A stretch of 64,000 nucleotides of DNA from an uncultured Collinsella sp. (GCA_902464485.1 CABQJJ010000005.1:959-64958), one strand, 5' to 3'; numbered from the stretch's first letter, positions 34,904 through 44,704 are shown. Notes: generated from the letters alone by a model not told the origin. A program made the numbers and translations.

Positions 34904-36229
34904 TTAGGACAGGGTCGGCCAATAATCGCCGTTCGCTTCGATCAGGTCGTCGAGGATTTGGCGCGCGACGGTAGTCGAAGGGACGGTCTTGTTGATTGCG
35001 ATGGCTTCGAGTGCCTTCTGGTAGGAATGCTCGTAATATGCGTCGACGGCGAGCTTCTCGCTGGCATTCTGCTCTTCGATAAGCCCCTTGTAAAAGGTGG
35101 GGATAGCAGGCTGGCTGATTGGTTCGGGGCCCCAAGAGCGCAGGTAGGCGGGGACCTCGACCATGGCGTCGTCGGGCAGATTGGGGATGGCGCCGTTGTT
35201 CTCGACGATTACGAGATAACGTTCGCACTTGTTGTAGGCGATAGAGGCGGCTGCGTCGACGATAAAGTCGCCAAAGACCGTGAAGCTCTGTACGGGGCTC
35301 TTGTAATTGGCGGGATCTGCCAGGTACTTGTCGTGCTCGGCAAACATCTCCTTCTCGCGTCCGTTGATGACGTTGTCGGCGCGCGTCCAGTTGGGGTCCA
35401 TGCCATCTGCCATGTCTTTGGAGTACAGGTAGTACTGCAGGTAGCTGTTGGGCAGATACTCGGGATAGTCCTTCACAATCTTGACGTATTGACCCCAGGT
35501 GTGCATCCAGTCCTTGTCCTTGTGATGCTTGTCGCTCACGGCCATGCCGTGCTCGAGAATCATCTGACGGAGCTCCGGCAGACGATCGCGTCCCTGCTTG
35601 TCGTAGATTTTGGTAAACCAGCCAAAGTGATTGAGTCCAAAATACATGGGGTCGATATCGCGCCAGCTGGGAAGTCCGAGCATCTTAGAGTACGAGAGCA
35701 AGATAGCCGTGGGCATATCGCAGATGTTAAGGATATGGTCGTTGTTAAACTCGCGACGTGTGGCCTCGGCGACAACTGCGGCGGGGTTGGAATAGTTGAG
35801 GATCCAGGCGTCTGGACTGTATTTCTTGGCGTAGCGTACGAGATCGAAGACGCCGGGGATGGACCTGATGCCATAGGAGATCGAACCGCCGGCGCCGCAG
35901 GTTTCCTGTCCCACGCAACCGTACTTGAGAGGGATGCGCTCGTCCTGGCGACGCATCTGAAGGCCACCCTGGCGGATTTGCGCGAAGACGAAGTCGACAT
36001 CGGTGAATGCCTTTTCGGGATCGGTCGTCACGACAACTTCGATGTCAGGAGCTTCCTGCTCGATGAACTGCTTCATGATGTCGTAGACGAGATGCATGCG
36101 CTTCTCGTCGATGTCGTACAGGGCGAGTTTGCGCAGCGGTAATTCGTTTTTCTTCTGCAATAGGCTCTGGATGATGCCGGGAGTGTGGGTGCTGCCGGCC
36201 CCGGCAATTACAACTGCTTTCTTGTCCAT
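34904..36229 (-). CDS. GH4 family 6-phospho-alpha-glucosidase-like enzyme (module 2)
   Basis: 441 aa. VVIAGAGSTHTPG and NICDMP motifs. GAAAGGGG RBS. Confidence 0.8.
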   Translation of the reverse strand: MDKKAVVIAGAGSTHTPGIIQSLLQKKNELPLRKLALYDIDEKRMHLVYDIMKQFIEQEAPDIEVVVTTDPEKAFTDVDFVFAQIRQGGLQMRRQDERIPLKYGCVGQETCGAGGSISYGIRSIPGVFDLVRYAKKYSPDAWILNYSNPAAVVAEATRREFNNDHILNICDMPTAILLSYSKMLGLPSWRDIDPMYFGLNHFGWFTKIYDKQGRDRLPELRQMILEHGMAVSDKHHKDKDWMHTWGQYVKIVKDYPEYLPNSYLQYYLYSKDMADGMDPNWTRADNVINGREKEMFAEHDKYLADPANYKSPVQSFTVFGDFIVDAAASIAYNKCERYLVIVENNGAIPNLPDDAMVEVPAYLRSWGPEPISQPAIPTFYKGLIEEQNASEKLAVDAYYEHSYQKALEAIAINKTVPSTTVARQILDDLIEANGDYWPTLS

Positions 36230-36289
36230 GTGGTAAACCCCTTTCGTGTGGATTGACCACTTCAGACTACGAAAGCTTTACCTGCGATT

Positions 36290-36320
36290 CTATCGATTTT
36301 CAGATTGCGAAAAACGATAG
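36290..36320. promoter_or_regulatory. Candidate operator palindrome upstream of GH4 module 2
   Basis: CTATCGATTTT, 9 nt, then AAAAACGATAG: 11-nt arms with 1 mismatch, 60-90 nt upstream of ATG 36229. Confidence 0.3.
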
Positions 36321-36472
36321 CGATAATCTTAACAGGATGCGTTTTGCGTGGTTAAATAGCGCCGGGAAAGATGCTGACTTGGGCGGCAGACGACGTGTTG
36401 CATGGCTGCAGGAGCGAACGCCACGCGGTCAAAAGATGGTGGGCGGTGCTGTGGCTTTTGGCTGCAATTGCG

Positions 36473-37711
36473 CTACCCGCGGTGACGCTCCCAGCGAGCC
36501 AACTTAATCGTTACCAGCGTAAGCGCCCAGGCCACAAGCGAGAACGCGGCGCCTACGGCGCCCACGTACGCAATGCCAACGCTACTTACCACGGCGCCGC
36601 CCACTGCGGTGCCAAACGAGATGCCGACGTTAAACGCCATGGGCTCAACCGAACTTGCGAGTACCATCGACTTGGGATGGCGGCTGCGAGCCACGTCCAT
36701 AAAGTGCGTGATGCACGACACCGAGAACAGGTACATGAGCAGCGCCAAGCTAAAGACAAAGACGAGTGCGAGCGGCATGGTGCCGCCCACGGCAAACAGC
36801 CCGAGTAGTGCCGCAGCCTGCAGCACAAACGTCACAAGCAGCGCCTTCATGCCAAAGCGCGCATCGATCCATCCGCCCAGGATGTTCGAGATCAGGCAGA
36901 ACACGCCATAGGCCATAAGCGTGGTACTCGCCTGAACAGTGCCCATACCCAGCACCTGCTCAAGATAAGGCGTCACGTAGCCATAGAATACGTAGACCGA
37001 GCCCACGCCAAACAAAAAGATGAGCATGCCGGTGATGATGCTCGGCTCGCGCAGCAGACCCGCCTGATCGCGAAAGGTGGCAGGCTCGTCGGTTTGCCCG
37101 GCGCGCGGCATAAACGCCACGAGCGCTCCGCATATCAAAACGGCAAAGGCCAGCGTGCCGTACATGGCCACGTGCCAATCGAGCGTGTCGGCCACAAACT
37201 TGCCAATCGAGGTCACAAAGACCATCGCCACGGAAAACGCGCCGTACACGACTGAGATGGCAAGCGAAGTTTGCTGCGGGGACAAAAGCTCAGGAATGTA
37301 CGTCACGCCCACGGCGAGCAGCGCACCTGAGACAGAACCCAGGATGATGCGCGAGATAAAGAGCACCTGGAAGTTGGGTGCCAACGCCATGGCCAAGTTG
37401 CCGAGCACAAAGACGATGCTATAACACACGAGTAGCTGGAAGCGGCGGAATCGCCCCGTGCTGAGCGCAAGCACCGGCGTCGCGATGGCGTAGACGAGCG
37501 CGAACACGCTGATGAGCTGACCCGCAGTAGCAAGTGATACGCCGAGTTCCGTCGCCAAGTCGCTCTCGATACCGATGACCACGAACTCGGAGCAGCCGAG
37601 CGAGAATCCCAACAGCACGAGCAGCGCAAGGCAGAGCTTGGTGCGCGCGGGGGAGAGCGCGGCGGCGGTTGACTTACTTTTAGGCGTGGTTGCGGCGGTC
37701 AAGGTTGTCAC
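36473..37711 (-). CDS. MFS transporter (sugar/drug efflux-like)
   Basis: ORF 36473..37930. The first 70 or so codons look non-coding, so the start is likely GTG 37711 or TTG 37702. Twelve hydrophobic segments. Confidence 0.75.
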   Translation of the reverse strand: MTTLTAATTPKSKSTAAALSPARTKLCLALLVLLGFSLGCSEFVVIGIESDLATELGVSLATAGQLISVFALVYAIATPVLALSTGRFRRFQLLVCYSIVFVLGNLAMALAPNFQVLFISRIILGSVSGALLAVGVTYIPELLSPQQTSLAISVVYGAFSVAMVFVTSIGKFVADTLDWHVAMYGTLAFAVLICGALVAFMPRAGQTDEPATFRDQAGLLREPSIITGMLIFLFGVGSVYVFYGYVTPYLEQVLGMGTVQASTTLMAYGVFCLISNILGGWIDARFGMKALLVTFVLQAAALLGLFAVGGTMPLALVFVFSLALLMYLFSVSCITHFMDVARSRHPKSMVLASSVEPMAFNVGISFGTAVGGAVVSSVGIAYVGAVGAAFSLVAWALTLVTIKLARWERHRG

Positions 37712-37759
37712 TCCAATGTCGCATGAATAAGCGGGATTCAATCCCTGCAACTCTAACAG

Positions 37760-37792
37760 AATGCGACAAAGGGACAGTCCCTTTGTCGCATT
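37760..37792. repeat. REP-like palindrome, family 1, copy 2 (perfect 16-bp arms)
   Basis: AATGCGACAAAGGGAC-A-GTCCCTTTGTCGCATT. Confidence 0.8.
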
Positions 37793-37963
37793 GCGCTGCC
37801 GGCCAGTCGCCCAAACCGTCACAACATTCGGCGAAAATCTCGAAAACGAGGAAAAGCGTCGAATGTTGTGACGGTTTTCGTGTCTGGCGCGGGTGAGCTT
37901 CAGCGCCGTCCAGGGGTATAAGGCTAGCAAGTGTTTATTTGCGAGGCCAAGGGGGCGCCCCGT

Positions 37964-38830
37964 ATGGATATCGATAACTTTGAATGGTGGTATAGCGAGG
38001 GCGAGGCTCCGGACGAGGAGTGGGACGAGCCCACGCCGAGTGGTGTGTCGAGTAACGAGGCCGAGACCGGCAACGGTCCCGCCGAGTCGGACGCCGCCTC
38101 CGGTCCCGCCGAGCCCCTAACCTTCGAACAGGCCTGGGCCCAGGCCGAGGCCAACGAGGCAAAGGCCGATGCCACGGCCACGCTCGGTGAGCCGGCGGAC
38201 ATGTCCATCTCACCGGCCAAGACCCCGCAGCCGCGCCATAACATCGACCCCGGCAGCACAGCATCCTTCAGCATTCTCGACGTGCCCGCGCAGGGTGCCC
38301 AAGCGCCCGCGCCCACGCGTCGCCCCGACTTGGCTCGTGAGGAAGACGCGGGCCGTCGTTCTCCGCTCGGCCCCATCCTCATCGCTTTCATGGCCGGCGT
38401 CATCGCCTGCTCGGCGATCGGAAATGTCTGGAGTCATGTGGAACAACAGCGCAAAGATGCCGCCAAGGTCGAGATGTCTGTCGAGCAATCGCTCGGCCGC
38501 ACGCGCTCGGTGCATGTGTCGGTCGAGGTCAAGGACGGTGCGACGTGGGACACCGCGCGCGGCGACAGCCAGATGCTCGTTCATATCGTGGGTCGCACGC
38601 TTAAGGGGCGGGCGATTGACGAGTATCAATATGTCAACTCCGCTGGCGACGGCATCGAACTCAAACCCGGCGATTACGAGCTCACGGTCGACGAGCCGCC
38701 CGTCGCCACCGATGGCACGCGCTTCCGTGCCTCAAAGCGCATGGTTCCCGTGAGCTTTAACTCGCAGGCGCCCGATACGGTCGACAGCACGCCTCAGGGC
38801 GGGTTCGACCTTTACGTGGATACCCAGTAG
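37964..38830 (+). CDS. Membrane-anchored protein of unknown function with an acidic N-terminus and a GDY domain
   Basis: ORF 37931..38830, with ATG 37964 after AAGGGGG. TM segment ILIAFMAGVIACSAIGNVW. Motif LKPGDYELTVDEPPVATDGTRF resembles the island proteins. Confidence 0.65.
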   Translation: MDIDNFEWWYSEGEAPDEEWDEPTPSGVSSNEAETGNGPAESDAASGPAEPLTFEQAWAQAEANEAKADATATLGEPADMSISPAKTPQPRHNIDPGSTASFSILDVPAQGAQAPAPTRRPDLAREEDAGRRSPLGPILIAFMAGVIACSAIGNVWSHVEQQRKDAAKVEMSVEQSLGRTRSVHVSVEVKDGATWDTARGDSQMLVHIVGRTLKGRAIDEYQYVNSAGDGIELKPGDYELTVDEPPVATDGTRFRASKRMVPVSFNSQAPDTVDSTPQGGFDLYVDTQ

Positions 38831-38943
38831 GCGCTCTCCGCTCATTCCGCTATGGCTACTCAATAATTGCTTGCCGCCCCGTGCCGTCGCCAAGAGTGGG
38901 ACAATAGCCCTCGACACCGTTGTTTACTATTGGAGGAAGTAGT

Positions 38944-39837
38944 ATGTCCACCGTCACTACCATCAAGCGCGGCGGCCTCACCGCGGCCATCGATTCCATG
39001 GGTGCCCAGCTCACAAGCCTTGCCCTCAACGGCAACGAGTATCTGTGGCAGGGCGACCCGGCCTTTTGGGGCAAGCACGCGCCCATCCTGTTCCCCATCG
39101 TGGGATCGCTGCGCAACAACACGGCAACGTCTGCTGCCGGCATCTGCGAGATGGCCCGCCACGGTCTCGCTCGCATCGTTGAGCACAAGATCGCCGAGGT
39201 GTCGGAGGACGGTTCGTCCGTCACCTACGAGATCACCGATACGCCCGAGTCGCTCAAAGCCTTCCCGTTCCACTTTAAGCTCAATATGACCTATGCCCTG
39301 ACCGGCGATGCCACGCTCACGCAGACCTTTGCCGTCACCAACACCGGCGACGTAGACCTGCCGTTCTCGGTGGGTGGCCACCCTGCATTTAACGTACCGG
39401 CTCCAGGTGCCGAGGACGAGGCATTCGAGGACTACGAGCTGGCGTTTACCGAGGCTTGGACTAACGAGGCTCCCATCATCACGCCCGATGGTCTTATGAC
39501 GTTCGAGGGTAGCTACAAGGCTCCCGATAACTCGGACGTGCTGCCCATCACGCACCGCAGCTTCGATAACGATGCCATCATGTTCACCGATACTCCGGGC
39601 TCCACGCTCACGCTGCGCGGCCGCAAGTCGGGCCACGGCGTCAAGATCGACTTTGAGGGCTTTAAGTACATCGGCGTGTGGTCTGCCGCCAACGACGCCC
39701 CGTTTGTGGCGCTCGAGCCTTGGACCGGCCACACCACCATGGACACCGAGGACGACGTCTTTGAGCACAAGGTCAACACCATTACGCTGGCGCCGGGCGA
39801 GAAGGATATTCGCAGCTTTAGCGTTACCCTGCTTTAA
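38944..39837 (+). CDS. Aldose 1-epimerase family protein (LacX/YihR-like)
   Basis: ORF 38920..39837, with ATG 38944 after GGAGGAAG. HAPILFPIVGSLRNN and VGGHPAFNVP motifs. Confidence 0.8.
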   Translation: MSTVTTIKRGGLTAAIDSMGAQLTSLALNGNEYLWQGDPAFWGKHAPILFPIVGSLRNNTATSAAGICEMARHGLARIVEHKIAEVSEDGSSVTYEITDTPESLKAFPFHFKLNMTYALTGDATLTQTFAVTNTGDVDLPFSVGGHPAFNVPAPGAEDEAFEDYELAFTEAWTNEAPIITPDGLMTFEGSYKAPDNSDVLPITHRSFDNDAIMFTDTPGSTLTLRGRKSGHGVKIDFEGFKYIGVWSAANDAPFVALEPWTGHTTMDTEDDVFEHKVNTITLAPGEKDIRSFSVTLL

Positions 39838-39883
39838 CAGGCTGCATACCTGGACGTCGCTCGCCTGCGACAAAACAACGGAC

Positions 39884-39912
39884 TAGCCGTTGGGGACGTT
39901 CCCCAACGGCTA
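39884..39912. repeat. REP-like palindrome, family 2 (TAGCCGTTGGGGA...TCCCCAACGGCTA), copy 1
   Basis: 13-bp arms with a 3-nt loop. An expanded copy lies at 44439-44496. The upstream TGGACGTCGCTCGC (39851-39864) matches the 3' end of the 147-nt repeat. Confidence 0.75.
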
Positions 39913-40018
39913 CCAATCGTTTTCAGTTCGTTAACTTGTATATATACATCTGCTGGAGGTAGCGCTGAGCGGTATCCTGTTAAGTCGTTAGCATACGGTT
40001 CAACAGGGAAGGCAGATT

Positions 40019-40945
40019 ATGCATTCTCCCCATCAACGCGACGTGCATGCCCGGCCGGCGTGCAGTCGTCGCATCTTCTTGGGTAGCGCTCTCGCCGCGA
40101 GCGCTTCCGTCGTCGCCGGCGCGCTTGCCGGCTGCCAGCGCCCGTCCACGCTCAAGGTGGTCCAGCCCACGACGGGCGGCGGTCGCGACGACCTGTCCGA
40201 TTCCGTGATTGGCAAGGATAAGATTCGCATCGGCATGGAGGCGGCCTACGCCCCGTACAACTGGCAGGTTTCCGAAGCCAGTGAGTATACCATTCCCATC
40301 GACAACGTGCAGGGCGCCTATGCCGATGGCTACGACGTGCAGATTGCCAAGATTGTCTGCAAGGCCCTCGGCGGCGAGCCCGTTGCCGTTAAGCAAAGCT
40401 TCTCGGGCCTTATCGATTCGCTCAACAACGGCCAGATTGACCTCATCATCGCCGGCATGAGCGCCACGCCCGAGCGCGAGGAGTCCGTCGGCTTTTCCGA
40501 TCCGTACTTCATTGGTTACTTTGGCCTGTTCGTAAAAGAGGGCTCTCCCTACCAAAACGCCACCAAGCTCAGCGACTTTAGCGGTGCCACGGTGCTCGGC
40601 CAAAAGGACACCATGCTCGACACCGTCATCGACGAGATTCCGGGCGTTGTCCACAAGAACCCGGTCGATTCGGTCCCCACGGTGTTTTCGAATCTGCTGC
40701 AGGGCACGTGCGACGCCGTGACCTACAACACCGAAAACGAGAAGGGTTATATGGCCCAAAATCCGGGCATTGTTCCTATTCATTTTGCCGAGGGCGAGGG
40801 CTTTAAGCAGGAGGTCGCGGCAAATGTCGGTTGCCGCAAGGGCTCGGACAAGCTGCTTAAGCTCATCGACAAGACGCTCAAGGGCATTAGCCAAGAGGAG
40901 CGCGACCAAATGTGGGACGCGTGCCTCGATCGTCAGCCGGCATAG
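40019..40945 (+). CDS. Amino-acid ABC transporter substrate-binding lipoprotein (family 3 SBP)
   Basis: Signal sequence SRRIFLGSALAASASVVAGALAGCQ. Motifs YAPYNW and DLIIAGMSATPER. Confidence 0.85.
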   Translation: MHSPHQRDVHARPACSRRIFLGSALAASASVVAGALAGCQRPSTLKVVQPTTGGGRDDLSDSVIGKDKIRIGMEAAYAPYNWQVSEASEYTIPIDNVQGAYADGYDVQIAKIVCKALGGEPVAVKQSFSGLIDSLNNGQIDLIIAGMSATPEREESVGFSDPYFIGYFGLFVKEGSPYQNATKLSDFSGATVLGQKDTMLDTVIDEIPGVVHKNPVDSVPTVFSNLLQGTCDAVTYNTENEKGYMAQNPGIVPIHFAEGEGFKQEVAANVGCRKGSDKLLKLIDKTLKGISQEERDQMWDACLDRQPA

Positions 40946-40954
40946 GGAGGCAGC

Positions 40955-42103
40955 ATGAAAACCATCAATCGTCTGGCCTCCTTTACCAAGGCCGACCATC
41001 GTTATGTGTACCTGGGCACGAGCGTCATCGCGGCGCTTGGTCTGGCGTTTAGCCAACGCAACCCCACGCCGCTGAGCTTCTTGGCGCCTACGGGCGTGTT
41101 CCAAGACTGCCTCTGGGCAATCCTTTGGGCCTGGCTCGTTGTGTCGGCGGCGGCGCTCGTCACCAAGCTCATGCACTGGAACGACTATCGCGAAACGTCG
41201 CCGTTTGCTTCCGAGCGCTTCCGTCGCGGCGCGCGCCTGGGCAGCTATGTCGTCGTTACTATTGCGGCGATCTTCTTTATCGACCGCTGCGTCATGTCAT
41301 TTATCGACCTGGTGCAGGTGAGCATTGTCTCGGACTCCAACCCCAGCGACTTTTTGTCGAGCCTGGTCTACATGACCTACAAGAGCGGGGACTTCTTTAT
41401 CCGCGGTATCGAGATCACCATCGCACTTGCGACCTTCGGCACCGTCATTGCATTCTTCCTGGCGCTGCTCCTTGTGTTTTTGCGCATTCAGACGTTCGAC
41501 CGCGTGGATAACGACCTCACGCGCTTCTTTAAGAGTATCGGCCGCGGCTTTGCGACCGTCTACTCCACCATCGTGCGCGGCACGCCCATGATGGTCCAGG
41601 GCCTGCTCATCTATTACGCGGGCTTCACCGTTTTGCGCGGCATGGGCTTCGAGACCGCCCAGGCCAACCAAATCTGGAGTACCTTCACCGCCGGCCTCGT
41701 CACCATCTCGCTCAACTCCACCGCCTACATGATGGAGGTCCTGCGCGGCGGCATCGAGTCCATCGATCCCGGTCAGGCCGAGGCGGCGCGCTCGCTGGGC
41801 CTGTCGCAGTGGCAGGCTATGCGCAAAGTCGTGTTTCCCCAGGGCATTAAGAACGCGATTCCGGCGCTCACCAACGAGCTCATCATCAATATCAAGGACT
41901 CATCGGTGCTCTCGGTCATCGGCGTGTTCGACCTCATGTACGCCACTACCACCGTCGCCGGCGTGTACTACCGCCAGATGGAGGTCTACTGCGTGGCGCT
42001 CGTGGTCTACCTAATCCTGACGCTCGTGGCGAGCCGCCTGCTCGAGGCCTTTGGCAAAAAGCTCGGCGCCGAGGCACCGGCCACGCTGCCCAGCTCCAAC
42101 TAG
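40955..42103 (+). CDS. Amino-acid ABC transporter permease with an extra N-terminal membrane region of about 145 aa
   Basis: 382 aa. The canonical HisM/GlnP-type core starts near residue 148. [21 protein letters not shown] is the EAA loop. Confidence 0.85.
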   Translation: MKTINRLASFTKADHRYVYLGTSVIAALGLAFSQRNPTPLSFLAPTGVFQDCLWAILWAWLVVSAAALVTKLMHWNDYRETSPFASERFRRGARLGSYVVVTIAAIFFIDRCVMSFIDLVQVSIVSDSNPSDFLSSLVYMTYKSGDFFIRGIEITIALATFGTVIAFFLALLLVFLRIQTFDRVDNDLTRFFKSIGRGFATVYSTIVRGTPMMVQGLLIYYAGFTVLRGMGFETAQANQIWSTFTAGLVTISLNSTAYMMEVLRGGIESIDPGQAEAARSLGLSQWQAMRKVVFPQGIKNAIPALTNELIINIKDSSVLSVIGVFDLMYATTTVAGVYYRQMEVYCVALVVYLILTLVASRLLEAFGKKLGAEAPATLPSSN

Positions 42104-42125
42104 GCGCAAGACGAGGAGAATCATC

Positions 42126-42911
42126 ATGGCAGATACCGCCACTACCGGCGCTGCGGCCGCCGCGCAAATCCAAGAGCCGCTCATCCGCGTCGAGGGCCTG
42201 CGCAAGAGCTTCGGCTCGCTCGAGGTGCTCAAGGGCATCGACCTGTCCGTCAATCCCGGCGAGGTCGTCACCATCATCGGCGCCTCGGGCTCGGGTAAGT
42301 CGACCTTCCTGCGCTGCCTCAACCTGCTCGAGACCCCGGACGCGGGCCATATCTGGTTCCATGGCCAGGACCTCACGGCCGAGCGCTGCAACATCAACAA
42401 GCTGCGTGAGGACATTGGCATGGTGTTCCAGGGCTTTAATCTGTTCAACAACATGGACGTGCTCGACAACTGCACGCTCGCGCCCGTCACGCTCAAAAAG
42501 ATGAGCAAGGCCGAGGCTGAAAAAATTGCGATGGAGCATCTGACGAGCGTGGGACTCGAAAAGTTCGCGCACGCCGCCGTGGGTCGTCTGTCCGGTGGTC
42601 AAAAACAGCGCGTGGCCATCGCTCGTGCCCTATGCATGAATCCGCAGATCATGCTGTTCGACGAGCCGACCTCCGCACTCGACCCCGAGATCGTGGGAGA
42701 GGTACTCGAGGTCATGCGCAAGCTCGCTGCCGACGGTATGACCATGGTCGTCGTCACGCACGAGATGGCCTTTGCTCGCACGGTGTCCGACCGCGTGGTC
42801 TTTATGGACAAGGGCGTGGTGCTCGAGGATGCCGCGCCGGCCGAGCTCTTCGGCAACCCCAAGCACCAGCGCACCCGCGAGTTCCTCTCGCGTTATCTCG
42901 AGGACAAATAA
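42126..42911 (+). CDS. Amino-acid ABC transporter ATP-binding protein (GlnQ-like)
   Basis: ORF 42051..42911, with ATG 42126 after GGAG. Walker [10 protein letters not shown], signature LSGGQKQR and Walker [12 protein letters not shown]. Confidence 0.9.
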   Translation: MADTATTGAAAAAQIQEPLIRVEGLRKSFGSLEVLKGIDLSVNPGEVVTIIGASGSGKSTFLRCLNLLETPDAGHIWFHGQDLTAERCNINKLREDIGMVFQGFNLFNNMDVLDNCTLAPVTLKKMSKAEAEKIAMEHLTSVGLEKFAHAAVGRLSGGQKQRVAIARALCMNPQIMLFDEPTSALDPEIVGEVLEVMRKLAADGMTMVVVTHEMAFARTVSDRVVFMDKGVVLEDAAPAELFGNPKHQRTREFLSRYLEDK

Positions 42912-42983
42912 CCGACCGCAAACGCTTATGTGGCAGGGCCGCTCCGGTGGGGCGGCCCTCGTCATCACAATCGAAAGGATGTC

Positions 42984-44411
42984 ATGGCCGAGGTTTGGCG
43001 CTTCTTTGCGCATGAGGACGATTTTGCCGATATAGACGAGGCCAGCGCGTGCGAGCGCTTGGGTCGCGTGCTGTCGTTTCCGACCATCTCGAGCATGGAT
43101 GCCGAGGCGGTGGACTGGCAGCCCTTCGACGACCTGCGCGCCTATATGCAGCAGGCCTGGCCGCACGTATTTACGGCGGGTAAGATCGAGCTCATCGACC
43201 ATTCGTTGCTGGTGACGCTTTCCGGCTCCGACCCCGCTCTCAAGCCCGTTATGCTCATGGGCCACATGGACGTGGTCCCCGTGGTGCCGGGTACTGAGGC
43301 AGACTGGACGCACGCTCCCTTTAGCGGACATGTGGACGACGCCTACATTTGGGGCCGCGGCGCCGTCGACATGAAAGACCAAGTCGCAGGCATTCTCGAG
43401 GCGGTTGAGTATGTGCTGGCCCACGGCTGGGAGCACGAGCGCACCCTGCTGTTGGCTTTTGGCCAGGACGAGGAAACCACGCAGTTCGGTGCGGGTGCCA
43501 TCGGCCGCGTGCTCGAGGAGCGCGGTGTTGAGCTCGAGTTCCTGATCGATGAGGGCGACTACCGCATCGTTCCGGCTGCCGAGTACAGCGCGGGCGAGGG
43601 CTGGCTTATGCATGCCGATCTCGCGGAGAAGGGCTACGCCGATATCGTGTTGAGGACGCGTAGCGAGGGCGGGCATTCCTCCAACCCCTACGGTGGCACT
43701 TCGCTCGAGGTGCTGAGCCGCGCCATCGCCGCGATCTGCGATATCGAGTGGCCGACGCGCGTCACGGACCTGCTTGCCGCACAGCTCGTCGAGCTGGGGC
43801 TCTACACGGCCGACGAGATTGCCTTCAACAAGGACGTCATCGTGCGCGAGTGCCTCGCCAGCAAGAAGCTCTATCCGCTCGTGACCACCACCTGTGCACC
43901 GACCCAAATCGAGGGCGGTAGCACCGGTGCTAACGTGATGCCGCAGGATATGTGGGCCAATATCAATTTCCGCATGCTCGAGGGCACGAGCGTGGCCGAT
44001 GTCGTGGCCCGCTGCCGTGTCGCCGTTGCCGAGGCGGGGCTCGCCGACCGCGTCGAGGTCGAGCTCGGCCCTGGCAGCTCCGACCCCTCGCCGTCTCCAC
44101 GCATCGGCGGACCGGGACTCGAGACCGTCCGCGTCATCGCCGCCCGCTATTTCCACGATCCAAAGGGGACGGAGGAAAACGGGTCATCAGCGGCGGGCGG
44201 AGCTCCTATCGGCATCGTTCCCTCGACCGTGATTGGCGCGACCGATGCTGCCAACTACCAGCGCATTTGCCCCGAGTGCATTCGCTTCTCGGCCTTTGTG
44301 GTAGACGATGACGAGTGCGAGCGCGGTGTCCACGGCACCAACGAGCGCATCACCCGCCGCGCCTACCTCCAGGGCGTACGCTTCCTCATCGCTTTGCTTC
44401 AAACGCTCTAG
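42984..44411 (+). CDS. M20/M25/M40 family metallopeptidase
   Basis: ORF 42930..44411, with ATG 42984 after AAAGGA. Motifs GHMDVVPV, WGRGAVDMK and GQDEE. Confidence 0.8.
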   Translation: MAEVWRFFAHEDDFADIDEASACERLGRVLSFPTISSMDAEAVDWQPFDDLRAYMQQAWPHVFTAGKIELIDHSLLVTLSGSDPALKPVMLMGHMDVVPVVPGTEADWTHAPFSGHVDDAYIWGRGAVDMKDQVAGILEAVEYVLAHGWEHERTLLLAFGQDEETTQFGAGAIGRVLEERGVELEFLIDEGDYRIVPAAEYSAGEGWLMHADLAEKGYADIVLRTRSEGGHSSNPYGGTSLEVLSRAIAAICDIEWPTRVTDLLAAQLVELGLYTADEIAFNKDVIVRECLASKKLYPLVTTTCAPTQIEGGSTGANVMPQDMWANINFRMLEGTSVADVVARCRVAVAEAGLADRVEVELGPGSSDPSPSPRIGGPGLETVRVIAARYFHDPKGTEENGSSAAGGAPIGIVPSTVIGATDAANYQRICPECIRFSAFVVDDDECERGVHGTNERITRRAYLQGVRFLIALLQTL

Positions 44412-44496
44412 AATGTGACAAGGCGACAGTCCCTTTGTTAGCCGTTGGGGGACGTTCTTAAACGACTAGTCGTTAAGGAACGTCCCCCAACGGCTA
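44412..44496. repeat. Composite repeat: degenerate family-1 REP followed by an expanded family-2 palindrome
   Basis: ATGTGACAAGGCGACAGTCCCTTTGT (44412-44438). Then TAGCCGTTGGGGGACGTTCTTAAACGACTAGTCGTTAAGGAACGTCCCCCAACGGCTA (44439-44496), a near-perfect 58-nt palindrome. Confidence 0.75.
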
Positions 44497-44704
44497 CGTC
44501 CACTCATTCCGTGCGGGTTATATGCAGGTTTGCCTGCGCACGCTATCATATATGGGTTAGACCGCAACTATGTACCCCATACGCGAAGGGATGCGCATGT
44601 ATCTGAAGATCGACATGTTCTAGCCGGGCTTACCCCCGCAGCGGCGCCACGCGCCCCATCAACTCTGCCGATTTTCACCTTCACGCATATAAAGGAGTCC
44701 CGCC

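Noticed and set aside
42630-44156. 508-aa minus-strand ORF opposite the ABC ATPase and M20 peptidase genes
   Set aside because: It spans two plus-strand genes and their intergenic region, and it has no recognisable motifs. The same reasoning applies to these ORFs: 10285..11388(-), 21108..22139(+), 25602..26645(+), 29036..30214(-), 31206..32249(-), 34892..36142(+), 38860..39873(-), 39980..41176(-), 44681..45859(-), 48239..49624(-), 51035..52060(-), 54085..55185(-), 56063..57409(-) and 57963..58922(-).
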